In this document: in pieces, positions 1 through 9,702 of the stretch
Layout of the letters: every line of letters starts with the position of its first letter
How positions within the stretch are numbered: position 1 is the stretch's first letter
NCBI GenBank assembly: GCA_038858525.1
Contig: JAWCFL010000005.1
Coordinates: forward strand, 9,192 to 73,191
Reading direction: 5' to 3'
Origin: Candidatus Jordarchaeales archaeon
Lineage (GTDB): Archaea; Asgardarchaeota; Jordiarchaeia; Jordiarchaeales; Freyrarchaeaceae
Length of the DNA stretch: 64,000 nt
The notes under the pieces: generated by a model
Told to the model about the DNA's origin: nothing
Databases searched by the model: none
Seen by the model: the letters and a program-made list of their open reading frames with translations, nothing else
Translations under genes and position numbers: made by a program

Positions 1-2
1 AT

Positions 3-302
3 TTACAGTCTAAGGGGGAGGCTGAAAAATTAAACGTGGATGCGATATTTATTGGTTTCCTAAAACGGATTGGGCTAAAAGCATCCCCTCTCCTGGTTAG
101 GTATGGAACGGGAGAAAACTTTTATCTAGAGGACTACGCTTTTCTTCGGGCTGTGGTAGAAGACAGAGAGGTTTACCCTGACTTTAGGCATGGAGTTGAG
201 GCACAAGAACTAGTAGAAGCAGCTTACATTTCAAGCAACAATAATGTTAGGGTAAGTCTCCCATTAAAAGAAAATAGGTTTAGAGAAACATTGCACTTCT
301 AG
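3..302 (+). CDS. C-terminal fragment of an oxidoreductase, possibly Gfo/Idh/MocA family; the reading frame is open to the window edge
   Basis: The frame has no stop back to position 3. The C-terminal tail '...GVEAQELVEAAYISSNNNVRVSLPL' resembles the C-terminal ends of Gfo/Idh/MocA oxidoreductases. Weak. Confidence 0.3.
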   Translation, partial: LQSKGEAEKLNVDAIFIGFLKRIGLKASPLLVRYGTGENFYLEDYAFLRAVVEDREVYPDFRHGVEAQELVEAAYISSNNNVRVSLPLKENRFRETLHF

Positions 303-306
303 AAAA

Positions 307-1899
307 TTATTTGGCTTCCATGGTATGCTTATATCCTCTCGCCACTAATGCCTTATTCGCAGCGTTAATTATCGCTTGAACGGACGCCATAACTATGTCT
401 CCATCCGTTGCCCTTGCTACATACATTGCTCCATCTTTGTCCCTCAACTTTACTGTGACGAAGCCTAACGCATCCGTTCCACCTGTTATCGCTTCTAAGT
501 TATATTCTTCCAAGTTCATCTCCTGAAACTCTTTGACTGCATTTTGAAGGGCGTTACATGCCGCGTCCACGGGACCTACACCTATAGCTGATGCAATCTT
601 TTCCCTGTCGCCAACCCTAATTCTCACTGTAGCTGTTGGTGTTATGCCTTTCCCTGTTACAACGGTGAGCTCCTCAAGTTTCAAAACTCTTTCCTTCTCC
701 GCTACCCTGCCTACTATGTCTTCAACTATTGCCACTAAGTCCGCGTCCGTGACCGCTTTGCCTTTATCACCAATCTCTTTTACTCGTGCCAGTATTTCCT
801 TTATTTGCTCCTCAGTTACTGATATTCCCATATGTTCCAGCTTAGCCTTAAGCGAGTGTCCTCCTGTGTGCTTACCTATAACTATCGCTTCTTCAACTAC
901 GCTTGTTCTCTTGCGTCCTATAAGCTCAGGGGTTAATGGCTCGTACGTGAGTGGGTTCTCAAGCACGGCATGTGCATGGATTCCACTTTCGTGCTTGAAT
1001 GCGTTGGCTCCTATTATGGGCTTGTTGGGTTGAAGCCTGACCCCTGTCAATCGTTCAACAAGCTTCGACGTCTCGTAGATGTACGTTGTTTTGATGTTCG
1101 TCATTACATGATAGAGAGCGAAAAGAGACATTACCACTTCTTCCAGTGAAGCGTTACCAGCTCTTTCTCCGATGCCGTTTACCGTAACATGAACCTGTTG
1201 TGCTCCCTTCTCGACAGCCGCCAGGGCGTTTGCCGTCGCCAATCCAAAGTCGTTATGTGTATGCACTGATATTATAACTCCGGGTTTAACGGCTTTCTTA
1301 ATTTCTTCAACTATGTGCGCGTACGCGCTGGGGATGGTCGCTCCGACCGTGTCAGGAATGTTTATCACGTCGGCTCCAGCATCGACAACGCTACTATATA
1401 CTTTTTTCAAGAATTCCAGATCGCTCCTGGTAGCATCTTCCGCTGAAAACTCAACTTTCACGCCGTGGCTCTTAGTATACTCTACCGCCTCAACCGCTTT
1501 TCTCAGAACCTCGTCGGGGGTCATTTTAAGCTTATATTTCATGTGCAACTCGGATGTAGCTATGAAAATGTGCACTCTATCTACGTCGCAGTCAAGTGCA
1601 ACATCTATGTCCTCACGGCTAGTACGAGCTAGAGCACATATCTCGGGTCCAAGCCTCATACCTGCTATATCCTTAATGGCCTTCTTCTCTCCCTCAGAAA
1701 CAACAGGCATCCCTGCCTCTATTACGTCGACGCCCAGCTTGGCCAGCTGCTCAGCCACCTTCTTCTTATCTTCAAAAGTTAGAGCGACGCCGGGCATCTG
1801 TTCGCCATCACGTAAAGTCGTATCGAAGATATAAACTCGCTCAGGCAAGTTGGCTTGTTTTAACGCGTATCTTATATACGGACTAACGAAGAACTCCAT
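307..1899 (-). CDS. 2-isopropylmalate synthase / citramalate synthase family (LeuA/CimA-type, DRE-TIM fold plus C-terminal regulatory domain)
   Basis: 530 aa. N-terminal 'IFDTTLRDGEQ' motif and the HxH metal site 'ISVHTHNDFGLA'. Long C-terminal LeuA-dimer-like domain. Confidence 0.85.
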   Translation of the reverse strand: MEFFVSPYIRYALKQANLPERVYIFDTTLRDGEQMPGVALTFEDKKKVAEQLAKLGVDVIEAGMPVVSEGEKKAIKDIAGMRLGPEICALARTSREDIDVALDCDVDRVHIFIATSELHMKYKLKMTPDEVLRKAVEAVEYTKSHGVKVEFSAEDATRSDLEFLKKVYSSVVDAGADVINIPDTVGATIPSAYAHIVEEIKKAVKPGVIISVHTHNDFGLATANALAAVEKGAQQVHVTVNGIGERAGNASLEEVVMSLFALYHVMTNIKTTYIYETSKLVERLTGVRLQPNKPIIGANAFKHESGIHAHAVLENPLTYEPLTPELIGRKRTSVVEEAIVIGKHTGGHSLKAKLEHMGISVTEEQIKEILARVKEIGDKGKAVTDADLVAIVEDIVGRVAEKERVLKLEELTVVTGKGITPTATVRIRVGDREKIASAIGVGPVDAACNALQNAVKEFQEMNLEEYNLEAITGGTDALGFVTVKLRDKDGAMYVARATDGDIVMASVQAIINAANKALVARGYKHTMEAK

Positions 1900-2031
1900 C
1901 CCTCTGCAAATTTGTAACCTCCACTCGTTTTTAGAAAAACCTCTTTAGAGAATTTTGAGACACCGGCTTTTTAAACATTAGGGATTCCCTTCCAAAATAA
2001 AAGAAGTAAAAACGAGGAGTGCGTCATCGAC

Positions 2032-2382
2032 TTAGGGAGCTTCATTCACGCTTTTATTTATGTACTCTGTTAGTTTCCAGCAGTGGTTTGGCGATATGGG
2101 TTGCCCCGCGCCGCAACGGGAGATTTGTGTACAAGTAAAACAAGGGCATCCTCCTAGCGTATCCCATTTTACTTCGACTTTTTCCTTTGCGTTGGCAAAA
2201 AGCCTGTAGGTCCATCTTCCCTTATATAACTCTTTCATTCTCCGCACAACCCCTCTTTTCTCAAGTTTCATAGCTATTCTTGAACCTTCCCTGCTATTTA
2301 CCCCCAATTTTCTCCACAAATCGCTCTGAAGGAGTCCTCTTTCGCCTGCCTCTAATATAATCTGATAGGCTTTCTCTTCCAT
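2032..2382 (-). CDS. winged-helix protein with a C-terminal 4-Cys cluster (TFE-beta/RPC34-like candidate)
   Basis: wH-like N-terminus ('LLQSDLWRKLGV...GRWTYRL') followed by 'CPCFTC...C' Cys motifs. The family assignment is tentative. Confidence 0.5.
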   Translation of the reverse strand: MEEKAYQIILEAGERGLLQSDLWRKLGVNSREGSRIAMKLEKRGVVRRMKELYKGRWTYRLFANAKEKVEVKWDTLGGCPCFTCTQISRCGAGQPISPNHCWKLTEYINKSVNEAP

Positions 2383-2549
2383 TTGGGACCCCTCGAGTCA
2401 ACATGGACTCGCTTCCCCTAAAAAACTTTTAGGGATTAAAAACAAACTCGTCGCCGTCACTTTCTTCTCGTAGCATTACCGATTCAGCGTCTCTATGTGT
2501 GCTTTAGCTAGTTGACAAGTGTCTTCAAACATCATTCTTGCCTTCCGAA

Positions 2550-3935
2550 TTAAAGGGTAGCTAGCATAAGGATGTCGTTTACATTAGTGCCTGTTGGTCC
2601 AGTAATTATGAGCCCATCATTTATCTTCTCAAAGAAACTTGTGGCGTCATGTCTTCGCAAGTAATCTTCAGCTCTGATTCCATGCTTTTCTCCTTTCTCT
2701 ACAGTTTTTCCATCTACAAGGGCTCCTGCAGCGTAAGAGACACCATCCAAGCCGTCAGTGCCAAAGCTAACCACAAAAACGTTTTTTAATCCTGATATTT
2801 TTAGGGCTGCACTTAAAGCAAGCTCCTGATTTCTCCCACCAATCCCAGCATTCTCACTTATGGTTACCGTCGTTTCGCCACCCATCACGATTAAAGCAGG
2901 TCTTTGAAGCGGCTCTTGATTTAACGCGACGCTTTTAATTATCCCCGCCGCCAAGCAGCCGACTTCCCTCGCCTCGCCTTCCATGTGTGTAGTTAGGATA
3001 AGTGAGTGCACCCCTCTTTTGTTAGCTTCATTGGCCACTGCAGTGCACGCCCCCCTATTCGTCGCCACAAGAATATTCTGAACCCTTTTGAAAACTGGGT
3101 CGCCAGGCTTCAATGTCTCCTCAACTCCTCCTTCCGCCCCCCTGATAAGCCTCTCTCTAACTCGGCTTCCACATTTATCCCATACTCCATATGTCTTCAG
3201 AACATTTATGGCATCCGAAAAGGTTGTTGGGTCCGGCGCTGTTGGCCCTGAAGCCACGTCCTCTAGCCTGTCACCTACAACATCGGACACTATTAGACTT
3301 ATGACACGTGCAGGATAAGCCATTTTTGCTAGCAGTCCACCTTTAACCTTTGAAAGATGTCTTCTAACAACGTTGATCTTTCCTATGTCCGCTCCGCTCT
3401 TGAGGAGGGCGGCTGTAACTTCTTGAATGTCTTGAAGTTCTACACCATCGGCTGGGAGAGTTAGCATAGCTGAGCCGCCACCCGAAATCAAACATATAAC
3501 GAGGTCATCTTTTCCTGCTTCCTCCAGCAGTCCAACAACCGCTTCTGCTCCCCTAATGTTCTCTTCACTTGGGACAGGATGTGCAGCCTCAAAAAGTCGA
3601 ATAAATCTCGTGCTGAACATGTTTGAAGTACCCTTTTGTATGCAGACAGCGCCATCAACTATTAATTCTCCTAAGATCTCCTCTAAGGCTTCTGCCATAG
3701 CGCCACTCGCCTTACCGGCTCCTACAACATAAATGTTCTCGACGTTTCGCAGAGGTATGCGCTCACTAAATACAGTTAAGCATTCATCATTAAGCTTCAC
3801 AGACTTCCTAATGGCGTCTCTCGGGTCGGAAACGCTTATGGCAAGCTCCACTAGGTCCAGGAGCAAGCTTCGCTTATCCCCCTCCTCATCTTCCAAGAGC
3901 TTTTCACGATTCTTCACGATAATTCTTACCGCCAT
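2550..3935 (-). CDS. glycerate kinase (MOFRL family, hydroxypyruvate reductase/glycerate 2-kinase type)
   Basis: 461 aa. 'VVGAGKASGAMAEAL', 'SGGGSAML' and 'GTDGxDG' motifs typical of MOFRL glycerate kinases. Confidence 0.85.
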   Translation of the reverse strand: MAVRIIVKNREKLLEDEEGDKRSLLLDLVELAISVSDPRDAIRKSVKLNDECLTVFSERIPLRNVENIYVVGAGKASGAMAEALEEILGELIVDGAVCIQKGTSNMFSTRFIRLFEAAHPVPSEENIRGAEAVVGLLEEAGKDDLVICLISGGGSAMLTLPADGVELQDIQEVTAALLKSGADIGKINVVRRHLSKVKGGLLAKMAYPARVISLIVSDVVGDRLEDVASGPTAPDPTTFSDAINVLKTYGVWDKCGSRVRERLIRGAEGGVEETLKPGDPVFKRVQNILVATNRGACTAVANEANKRGVHSLILTTHMEGEAREVGCLAAGIIKSVALNQEPLQRPALIVMGGETTVTISENAGIGGRNQELALSAALKISGLKNVFVVSFGTDGLDGVSYAAGALVDGKTVEKGEKHGIRAEDYLRRHDATSFFEKINDGLIITGPTGTNVNDILMLATL

Positions 3936-3946
3936 TTATTCTCCCT

Positions 3947-5368
3947 CTAAAATATTAGTGAGACCTCCTCAAGCGCCCTCAGAACCCGCCTTCCCCTCTG
4001 TGTCAATTTGAAGTACTTTCTCCTTCCCCTATAATATTCCTCGATGAGTCCCCTCTCCTGAAGCTCTCCTAGATGCTGGTAAACTGCCTGAATCGAGAGA
4101 CGCTTGCCGATAGACTTCCAAATTTCGTAACCGTACGACTCGCCGATCTCTAAAAATCTCAGTATTTCGAACTTTGTCTTAAAACCCCCCCTAGACTTCA
4201 CCCCCCTTCTTCCACCATCTGCCAGCGCGTCTATAATGTACGGGTCCTTCAAGCCGCTTGCCGTGATGAGACAGACCGCAACTTCTGAATGGTCAATAAA
4301 TCCTTCATCCTTCATCTTTCTGAGACAGGCAACCGATGCGGCGCTTGCCGGCTCCGAGAATATCCCCTCAGCTTTAGCTAGGAGCTTTTCAGCCTCTATT
4401 ATCTCCCTGTCGGTAACCGTGACTATAAAACCGCCACTCTCCTCAACTGCTCGGGCCGCTAGCAAACCGTAGGCGGGCATCAGAGAAACGAGAGGGGACG
4501 CTGCTGTTGCAGGCTTCTCAACTCTTCTAACCCTAACTTTTCCCCCCTCATTGATTAAAGTGGCACATCCATCCGGCTGAACCAGAACCATCCGGGGAAT
4601 ATGATCCACCACGCCGAGAGTTAAGCACTCCTTGACGCCCTTCCAAATAGAGTAAGCCGTATTACCTGTTCCTGTAGGGACTATTATCACGTCAACATTC
4701 CTGCAAGCCTCTAAAACTTCATGAGAAATGGTCTTCTGAGCTTCAACAGATAGGGGGTTAAGCTCCGGCGTGGCTTGGTAGTATCCGTCAGCGGCCCTTT
4801 CCGCCTCAGCTATCGCGTCATCTATAACGTCTCCACTTCTCACTATATGGCCGCCGTAAATGTACATTTGAGCCAGCTTACTCACGTTAACGTTTCTTGG
4901 AGTTATGATCGTGCATTTAATTTTTGCTTTAGCACAGTAAGCAGCAGCTGAGGCACCAAAGTTCCCGTACGAGGCACAAATCAACTTTTTTGCGCCAACG
5001 TCAAGGGCGTTAGAGACAATCAGGGAGGCCGCTCTGTCTCTGTAAGAGTTTGTCGGGTTAGCTGTCTCGTCTTTAAGTAAAACCTTTCCTCCCCCCATCG
5101 CCTCGGCAAGCTCCTTTGCCTCCCTAAGCGGTGTGCCTCCCTCCCCCATGCTCACAATGTTCTCCTCGCTAATCGGAGGAAGGATTGGACGATACCTCCA
5201 CATGCCACGCCTGTCGCTGTAAGGTAATTTGATCTCCAAGTAATCATAAACATAGTCAAGTATACCCCCACACTTGTCGCATCTCGCCACAGGCGGAAAC
5301 GGTTTCTTCTCGCTTCCGCACAACGTGCACCGTAGGTCAACGTTCAACTTAATCCCCCTCGCACACAA
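3947..5368 (-). CDS. threonine-synthase-like PLP-fold protein fused to a C-terminal PadR-type winged HTH; the Schiff-base lysine appears replaced by arginine
   Basis: N-terminal Zn ribbon 'CTLCGSE...CDKCGG'. TS-like core ('NPTNSYRDRAAS', 'ASYGNFGASAAAYCAKAKIKCTIITP'). C-terminal ~90 aa 'YGYEIWKSIGKRLSIQAVYQHLGELQERGLIEEYYRGRRKYFKLTQRGRR' is PadR-like. 'SYRDR' sits where TS has 'SFKDR'. Confidence 0.8.
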   Translation of the reverse strand: MCARGIKLNVDLRCTLCGSEKKPFPPVARCDKCGGILDYVYDYLEIKLPYSDRRGMWRYRPILPPISEENIVSMGEGGTPLREAKELAEAMGGGKVLLKDETANPTNSYRDRAASLIVSNALDVGAKKLICASYGNFGASAAAYCAKAKIKCTIITPRNVNVSKLAQMYIYGGHIVRSGDVIDDAIAEAERAADGYYQATPELNPLSVEAQKTISHEVLEACRNVDVIIVPTGTGNTAYSIWKGVKECLTLGVVDHIPRMVLVQPDGCATLINEGGKVRVRRVEKPATAASPLVSLMPAYGLLAARAVEESGGFIVTVTDREIIEAEKLLAKAEGIFSEPASAASVACLRKMKDEGFIDHSEVAVCLITASGLKDPYIIDALADGGRRGVKSRGGFKTKFEILRFLEIGESYGYEIWKSIGKRLSIQAVYQHLGELQERGLIEEYYRGRRKYFKLTQRGRRVLRALEEVSLIF

Positions 5369-5412
5369 CTTTATTAGGAGTTCGAGTTAACATAAAGGTT
5401 GCTTTAGCGCAG

Positions 5413-5958
5413 GTGATCCGTGTGAAAGCCACTTTAGCAAGGCAAGTTTCACGCTTACTATTTCAACTGGAAGAGCAGGACATTCAACTTATCATACTGA
5501 AGTCCACGCCAAGGCTTGATCTAGGGGGGGATGAAGCCATAGGTCCCTTTAATGAGGGCGAAGTGGTCACGCTTCCAGCTTGGCAGGCGCTTCATTTGGT
5601 TAAAGCTGGACTAGCTAAATTCCGGAACGATGAACCTATCAACCTAGCTGAGCTTTACGATTGCCTTTGGAAAGAAGAGCGCCAAGCAGCACTACAACCT
5701 CTCCCGAAAAACTTCCTCCTCCGCCTAAGGTTCTTCATCGAAGCTTCTCCTGACGATGAAAAGAAGAAAATATCTTCAGTATTTAGGGATCTCATGTGTC
5801 GAAGACTAGAGAAAGTAGTTAAAGCAGCACTCAGGGCGAGGCAAAACATGAAAGCAACTGAAAACATGCTCCCCGAGGAAAAAGTGCTTTACTCTGAGCT
5901 CGCATCAAACATAAACGAGTGGCTAAGCGTGTTGCATAAGTTTTTAAACATAGAGTGA
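5413..5958 (+). CDS. gins23: GINS subunit, Gins23-like (B-domain N-terminal)
   Basis: 181 aa. The GINS B-domain motif 'VVTLPAWQALHLVKAGLAKF' lies in the N-terminal half. The stop overlaps the mcm start by 4 nt (ATGA), the gins23-mcm arrangement known from Sulfolobus. Confidence 0.55.
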   Translation: MIRVKATLARQVSRLLFQLEEQDIQLIILKSTPRLDLGGDEAIGPFNEGEVVTLPAWQALHLVKAGLAKFRNDEPINLAELYDCLWKEERQAALQPLPKNFLLRLRFFIEASPDDEKKKISSVFRDLMCRRLEKVVKAALRARQNMKATENMLPEEKVLYSELASNINEWLSVLHKFLNIE

Positions 5959-8045
5959 CCTTCTTCAATCAAGGAAAGGTGCTCGTCATGCAGTTAAACC
6001 CCCAAGCTAGGTTCGAAGCTTTTTTAAGAGAGTACCGTTCAGCTCTGGGAACCCCCACATATATAGAAAAGATAAAGCAGTTAACCGTGAGCGGCTCCAG
6101 AAGCCTTATAGTCGACTTCAATAACCTAGTCGCATTCGACCCGGAGCTAGCCCGGATGACCCTGGAAAACCCTGACCGCTGCCTTCCAGCTGCAAATCGA
6201 GCACTCAAAGAGATTCTGGAAGAAATGGATTCGGAATACTTGGACAAAGTCGAGAGAGTGTACGTTAGATTTTCAAACTTCCCTGAAAAGTACTACGTTC
6301 CTCTAAGAAAACTTAGGGCAGAACATATAGGGAAACTAATAGTGGTTAATGGAATTCTCGTGAGAGCAACCGAAGTAAAACCCCGCCTCACCGAAGCCAT
6401 CTTTAGGTGCCGCAGGTGCGGGGAGCTGATGTCCATCCCCCAAGAGGAAAGAGTGCTCGTTACGCCCGTAGAATGCACGAACCTTAACTGCAGGCGTAAG
6501 GGGCCATTCGACCTTGTAGTAGAAGAGTCAACTTTTATTGACTGGCAGAAAATAAGGATGCAGGAGAAGCCGGAGGATCTCCCGCCAGGCCAGCTACCGA
6601 GGGGTATAGACGCCATACTCACAGATGACATAGTCGATGTTGCCCGGCCCGGGGACAGAGTTACTCTAATTGGGATTCTCAGACCTGTCCCTGAAAGCCT
6701 CGTGGGGAAGCGGGCGAAGCTCGTAACCTTCAACACCATACTAGAAATTAACAACATAGAGGTTGTAGGAACAGAAGCAGAAAAGCTTGAGATAAGTGAA
6801 GAAGACGAGCAAAAAATAAAGCAACTATCCCAGGACCCATACGTGACGCAGAAAATTATTCGTTCTATAGCCCCAAGCATCTATGGTTACGAGCAGATCA
6901 AGGAGGCTATAGCTCTCCTTCTCTTCGGAGGAGTACCCAAAGAGATGCCCGACAAGCACAGGATCCGCGGAGACATAAACGTGCTACTTCTCGGAGATCC
7001 AGGAGTAGGAAAATCACAGATACTGCAGTACGTGGCTAGGATAGCTCCCAGAGGGCTCTACACTTCAGGGAGAGGCGCCACAGCAGCAGGTTTAACTGCT
7101 GCAGTAATGAAAGACCCTGACAGCGGAACAATGCTTCTCGAAGCCGGGGCTCTTGTCTTAGCAGACCAGGGTGTTGCGTGTATCGACGAGATGGACAAGA
7201 TGCGCGAGCAGGACCGCGTCGCCCTGCATGAAGCCATGGAGAGCGGCATGCTATCAATAGCTAAAGGTGGGATAGTGGCGACGCTTAACGCTAGAACATC
7301 CATTCTAGCTGCGGCAAACCCGGCTTTGGGACGTTACAACCCATACAGGCCTCCCTCAGAGAATTTCAGTCTACCGCCAACCATACTTTCAAGGTTTGAC
7401 CTTATCTTCGTGATGATAGACAAACCTGCTAGAGAGCATGACGAGAAAATGGCTGACCACATACTTCACCTTCACCGTGAATACTCTAGCGAGGAGCCGC
7501 CACCAATACCTCCCGATTTACTGAGAAAGTACATTGCTTATGCTAGAAAAAACATTAGGCCGCGTCTTTTGCCTGATGCTGTGGAAAAGCTACGCGCCTT
7601 CTACCTCGAAATGAGAAGCAAGGGGGAGCAACCCGATGCCCCAGTTCCTATCACGGCGAGGCAGCTTGAAGCACTGGTAAGGCTGGCGGAGGCTAGGGCG
7701 AAAATGGCTCTGAGAAATGAAGTCACAGCTGAAGACGCTGAGGCAGTCATCAGATTGATGAAAGCATCTTTACAACAAATCGGACGTGACATAGAATCAG
7801 GCCTCTTCGATATAGATACAATATACCTCGGTAGCCCGAAAAGCCAACGTGACAAGATGCAGGTTATCCTCGACATAATTAGCGGCTTAGAAGCGGAACT
7901 AGGTGGACCAGTGCCTGTTGAACGAATAATAAGTGAGGCGGCAGCGGAGAACATAGACAGGAAGTTCGTTGAGAAAGCATTAAACAGGTTCCTAAGCGAT
8001 GGCCTACTCTTTGAGCCAAAGCAAGGATACGTGAAACATGCGTAA
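5955..8045 (+). CDS. mcm: minichromosome maintenance replicative helicase MCM
   Basis: 696 aa. Zn finger 'CRRCG...CTNLNC', Walker A 'GDPGVGKSQ', Walker B 'CIDEMDKM', arginine finger 'SRFDLIF', and a C-terminal wH domain. Confidence 0.95.
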   Translation: MTFFNQGKVLVMQLNPQARFEAFLREYRSALGTPTYIEKIKQLTVSGSRSLIVDFNNLVAFDPELARMTLENPDRCLPAANRALKEILEEMDSEYLDKVERVYVRFSNFPEKYYVPLRKLRAEHIGKLIVVNGILVRATEVKPRLTEAIFRCRRCGELMSIPQEERVLVTPVECTNLNCRRKGPFDLVVEESTFIDWQKIRMQEKPEDLPPGQLPRGIDAILTDDIVDVARPGDRVTLIGILRPVPESLVGKRAKLVTFNTILEINNIEVVGTEAEKLEISEEDEQKIKQLSQDPYVTQKIIRSIAPSIYGYEQIKEAIALLLFGGVPKEMPDKHRIRGDINVLLLGDPGVGKSQILQYVARIAPRGLYTSGRGATAAGLTAAVMKDPDSGTMLLEAGALVLADQGVACIDEMDKMREQDRVALHEAMESGMLSIAKGGIVATLNARTSILAAANPALGRYNPYRPPSENFSLPPTILSRFDLIFVMIDKPAREHDEKMADHILHLHREYSSEEPPPIPPDLLRKYIAYARKNIRPRLLPDAVEKLRAFYLEMRSKGEQPDAPVPITARQLEALVRLAEARAKMALRNEVTAEDAEAVIRLMKASLQQIGRDIESGLFDIDTIYLGSPKSQRDKMQVILDIISGLEAELGGPVPVERIISEAAAENIDRKFVEKALNRFLSDGLLFEPKQGYVKHA

Positions 8046-8171
8046 CACGAAAAAGCGCGAGAAATCATGCACTAAAAACTCAAGGAAACCTCCCCATCCC
8101 TTTTATCTTTAAGGAAATTGTAAAAAGAAAACGTTAATTAACGTCTCATCTTCTACTCCTTTCTTTTAGAG

Positions 8172-9356
8172 GTGGTTTCGTTGAGTTCGCCTGTTAGCAT
8201 TAACTTCGAGGCTAGACTTAGAAAAATTAGAGGAAAGATGGAAGAAGAAGGCATCGATGTGATCGTTGGCACACGTCTTCGGACATTAGGCTACGTTACT
8301 GGCGCCTTCATTCCCTGGAGAAGTGCGGTGATAATACCCTTACACGGTGAGCCTGAAATCTTCACGATACTCTTAGATGTTGAGAGGGTGAAGGATGACA
8401 GCTGGATCAAAAATGTTAAGGCATGGGGTCCGGCTGAGGGAATGTACTTAGAGCCGTTGATTGCTGACTCGATCAAGCGTCTCGGGTATGATAAAGGTAG
8501 GATAGGCGTGGAATACGGACAGGAATGGATTCTTGCTTCAGGACATATTCTCGCCTCCGAATATGACAATTTGAGAAAACTGTTGCCTGACGCTGAGTTT
8601 AAGAACGCTACGCCATTAATTGACAAACTAACCCTCTACAAGGAGCCAGAAGAGATCAAGCTTCTCAGGAGGGCGTCAGAGATAACTGACGTTGGTCAAC
8701 AAGCAGTTAAAGACTCCTTAGAGGTTGGAATGACTGAGACCGAAGTCGCCGGGATAGCGGAGTACGCTATGCGAAGAGCAGGTAGCGACTGGGCTTGGAC
8801 GTTAACCGGAGGACAGGAGATAGCATCAGGGTACAGGACGGCCTACGCTTGGGGAGGATGCACCCCTGCATCTGATAAGATAATTCAGCCAGGAGACAAC
8901 GTGCTCGTCGACCTTCATGCCATGTACCGCCTTTACTATGGAGACCTTTCCCACAACTATATTATGGGACGCCCATCAGAAGAACAAAAAAAGCTTTCTG
9001 ATGTCTTTGTTGAAATATCATACACCGTAATAGACGAAATGCAGCCAGGAGCGAAAATAGGGGAAATTGCGAAGAAAGCCCTTAAAGTCGCAGAGAAGCA
9101 TGGATATGGCAGCAACGTCCTCTTTGGCTTCGGCCACGGAATAGGCGGCGTAGGTAACGAGTCATACCCCCTCATACTAGACATGCCACCTTGGAGCGAC
9201 ATGGAACTCGAGCCCAGCATGGTTGAAATAGCAGCAGTTGTTCTGAACAAGCCCAATGTTGGAGGAATGAGACTAGAAGCACCAGTATGGATAAAGGAGA
9301 ATGGCAACGAAGTTCTCCCGAAAACACCAATAGAGCCGGACTTTATTGAAATATAA
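8172..9356 (+). CDS. M24-family peptidase (Xaa-Pro aminopeptidase/creatinase fold)
   Basis: 394 aa. Creatinase-like N-domain and a pita-bread C-domain with 'GFGHGIGG' and metal-ligand D/H/E patterning. Confidence 0.8.
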   Translation: MVSLSSPVSINFEARLRKIRGKMEEEGIDVIVGTRLRTLGYVTGAFIPWRSAVIIPLHGEPEIFTILLDVERVKDDSWIKNVKAWGPAEGMYLEPLIADSIKRLGYDKGRIGVEYGQEWILASGHILASEYDNLRKLLPDAEFKNATPLIDKLTLYKEPEEIKLLRRASEITDVGQQAVKDSLEVGMTETEVAGIAEYAMRRAGSDWAWTLTGGQEIASGYRTAYAWGGCTPASDKIIQPGDNVLVDLHAMYRLYYGDLSHNYIMGRPSEEQKKLSDVFVEISYTVIDEMQPGAKIGEIAKKALKVAEKHGYGSNVLFGFGHGIGGVGNESYPLILDMPPWSDMELEPSMVEIAAVVLNKPNVGGMRLEAPVWIKENGNEVLPKTPIEPDFIEI

Positions 9357-9582
9357 CAATGATATTGTTCCGTTGATTTGCAAAAAGAACATGTTTTACC
9401 AAGTATCTAACTTTTATCGTTCTTTTTTCTTTTGGAAATTGTCTCACCTTTTGCGCTACGCCATTAATTTTGTATTGAGACTCAATTTAACGTTAAAGTT
9501 TCAACAAAGAACCTGGAAAACTAAATTGTCCATTAAATTTCTTCCAGAAAAAATAAAATGGAAGTGCTGATTTTTTTCTTTA

Positions 9583-9648
9583 GGGCTCTGATGAAGAAGA
9601 CTCGGACTCTGAACTGCATGATGGGCTCACGCAGGGCTCGAAGAGCCC
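9583..9648 (+). ncRNA. candidate box C/D sRNA
   Basis: Intergenic 66-nt element with a terminal inverted repeat GGGCUC...GAGCCC. It carries box C 'CUGAUGA', D' 'CUGA', C'-like 'UGAUGG' and a degenerate D 'UCGA'. Confidence 0.3.
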
Positions 9649-9702
9649 TAATTTACACTACTAAGGCGCTTCCGTCTCTCTGTTAATTCAGGATGGCTGC
9701 GA

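Noticed and set aside
644-1834. Antisense ORFs inside the LeuA-family gene (644..1033, 1313..1834); similar embedded ORFs are inside mcm, rfc, moeA, cdh and others
   Set aside because: Ser/Thr/Ala-rich low-complexity translations opposite strongly supported genes. A typical shadow-ORF artefact.
9346-9570. ORF 9346..9570(+)
   Set aside because: AT-rich intergenic sequence. The Phe/Lys/Asn-rich product is typical of random AT-rich frames.
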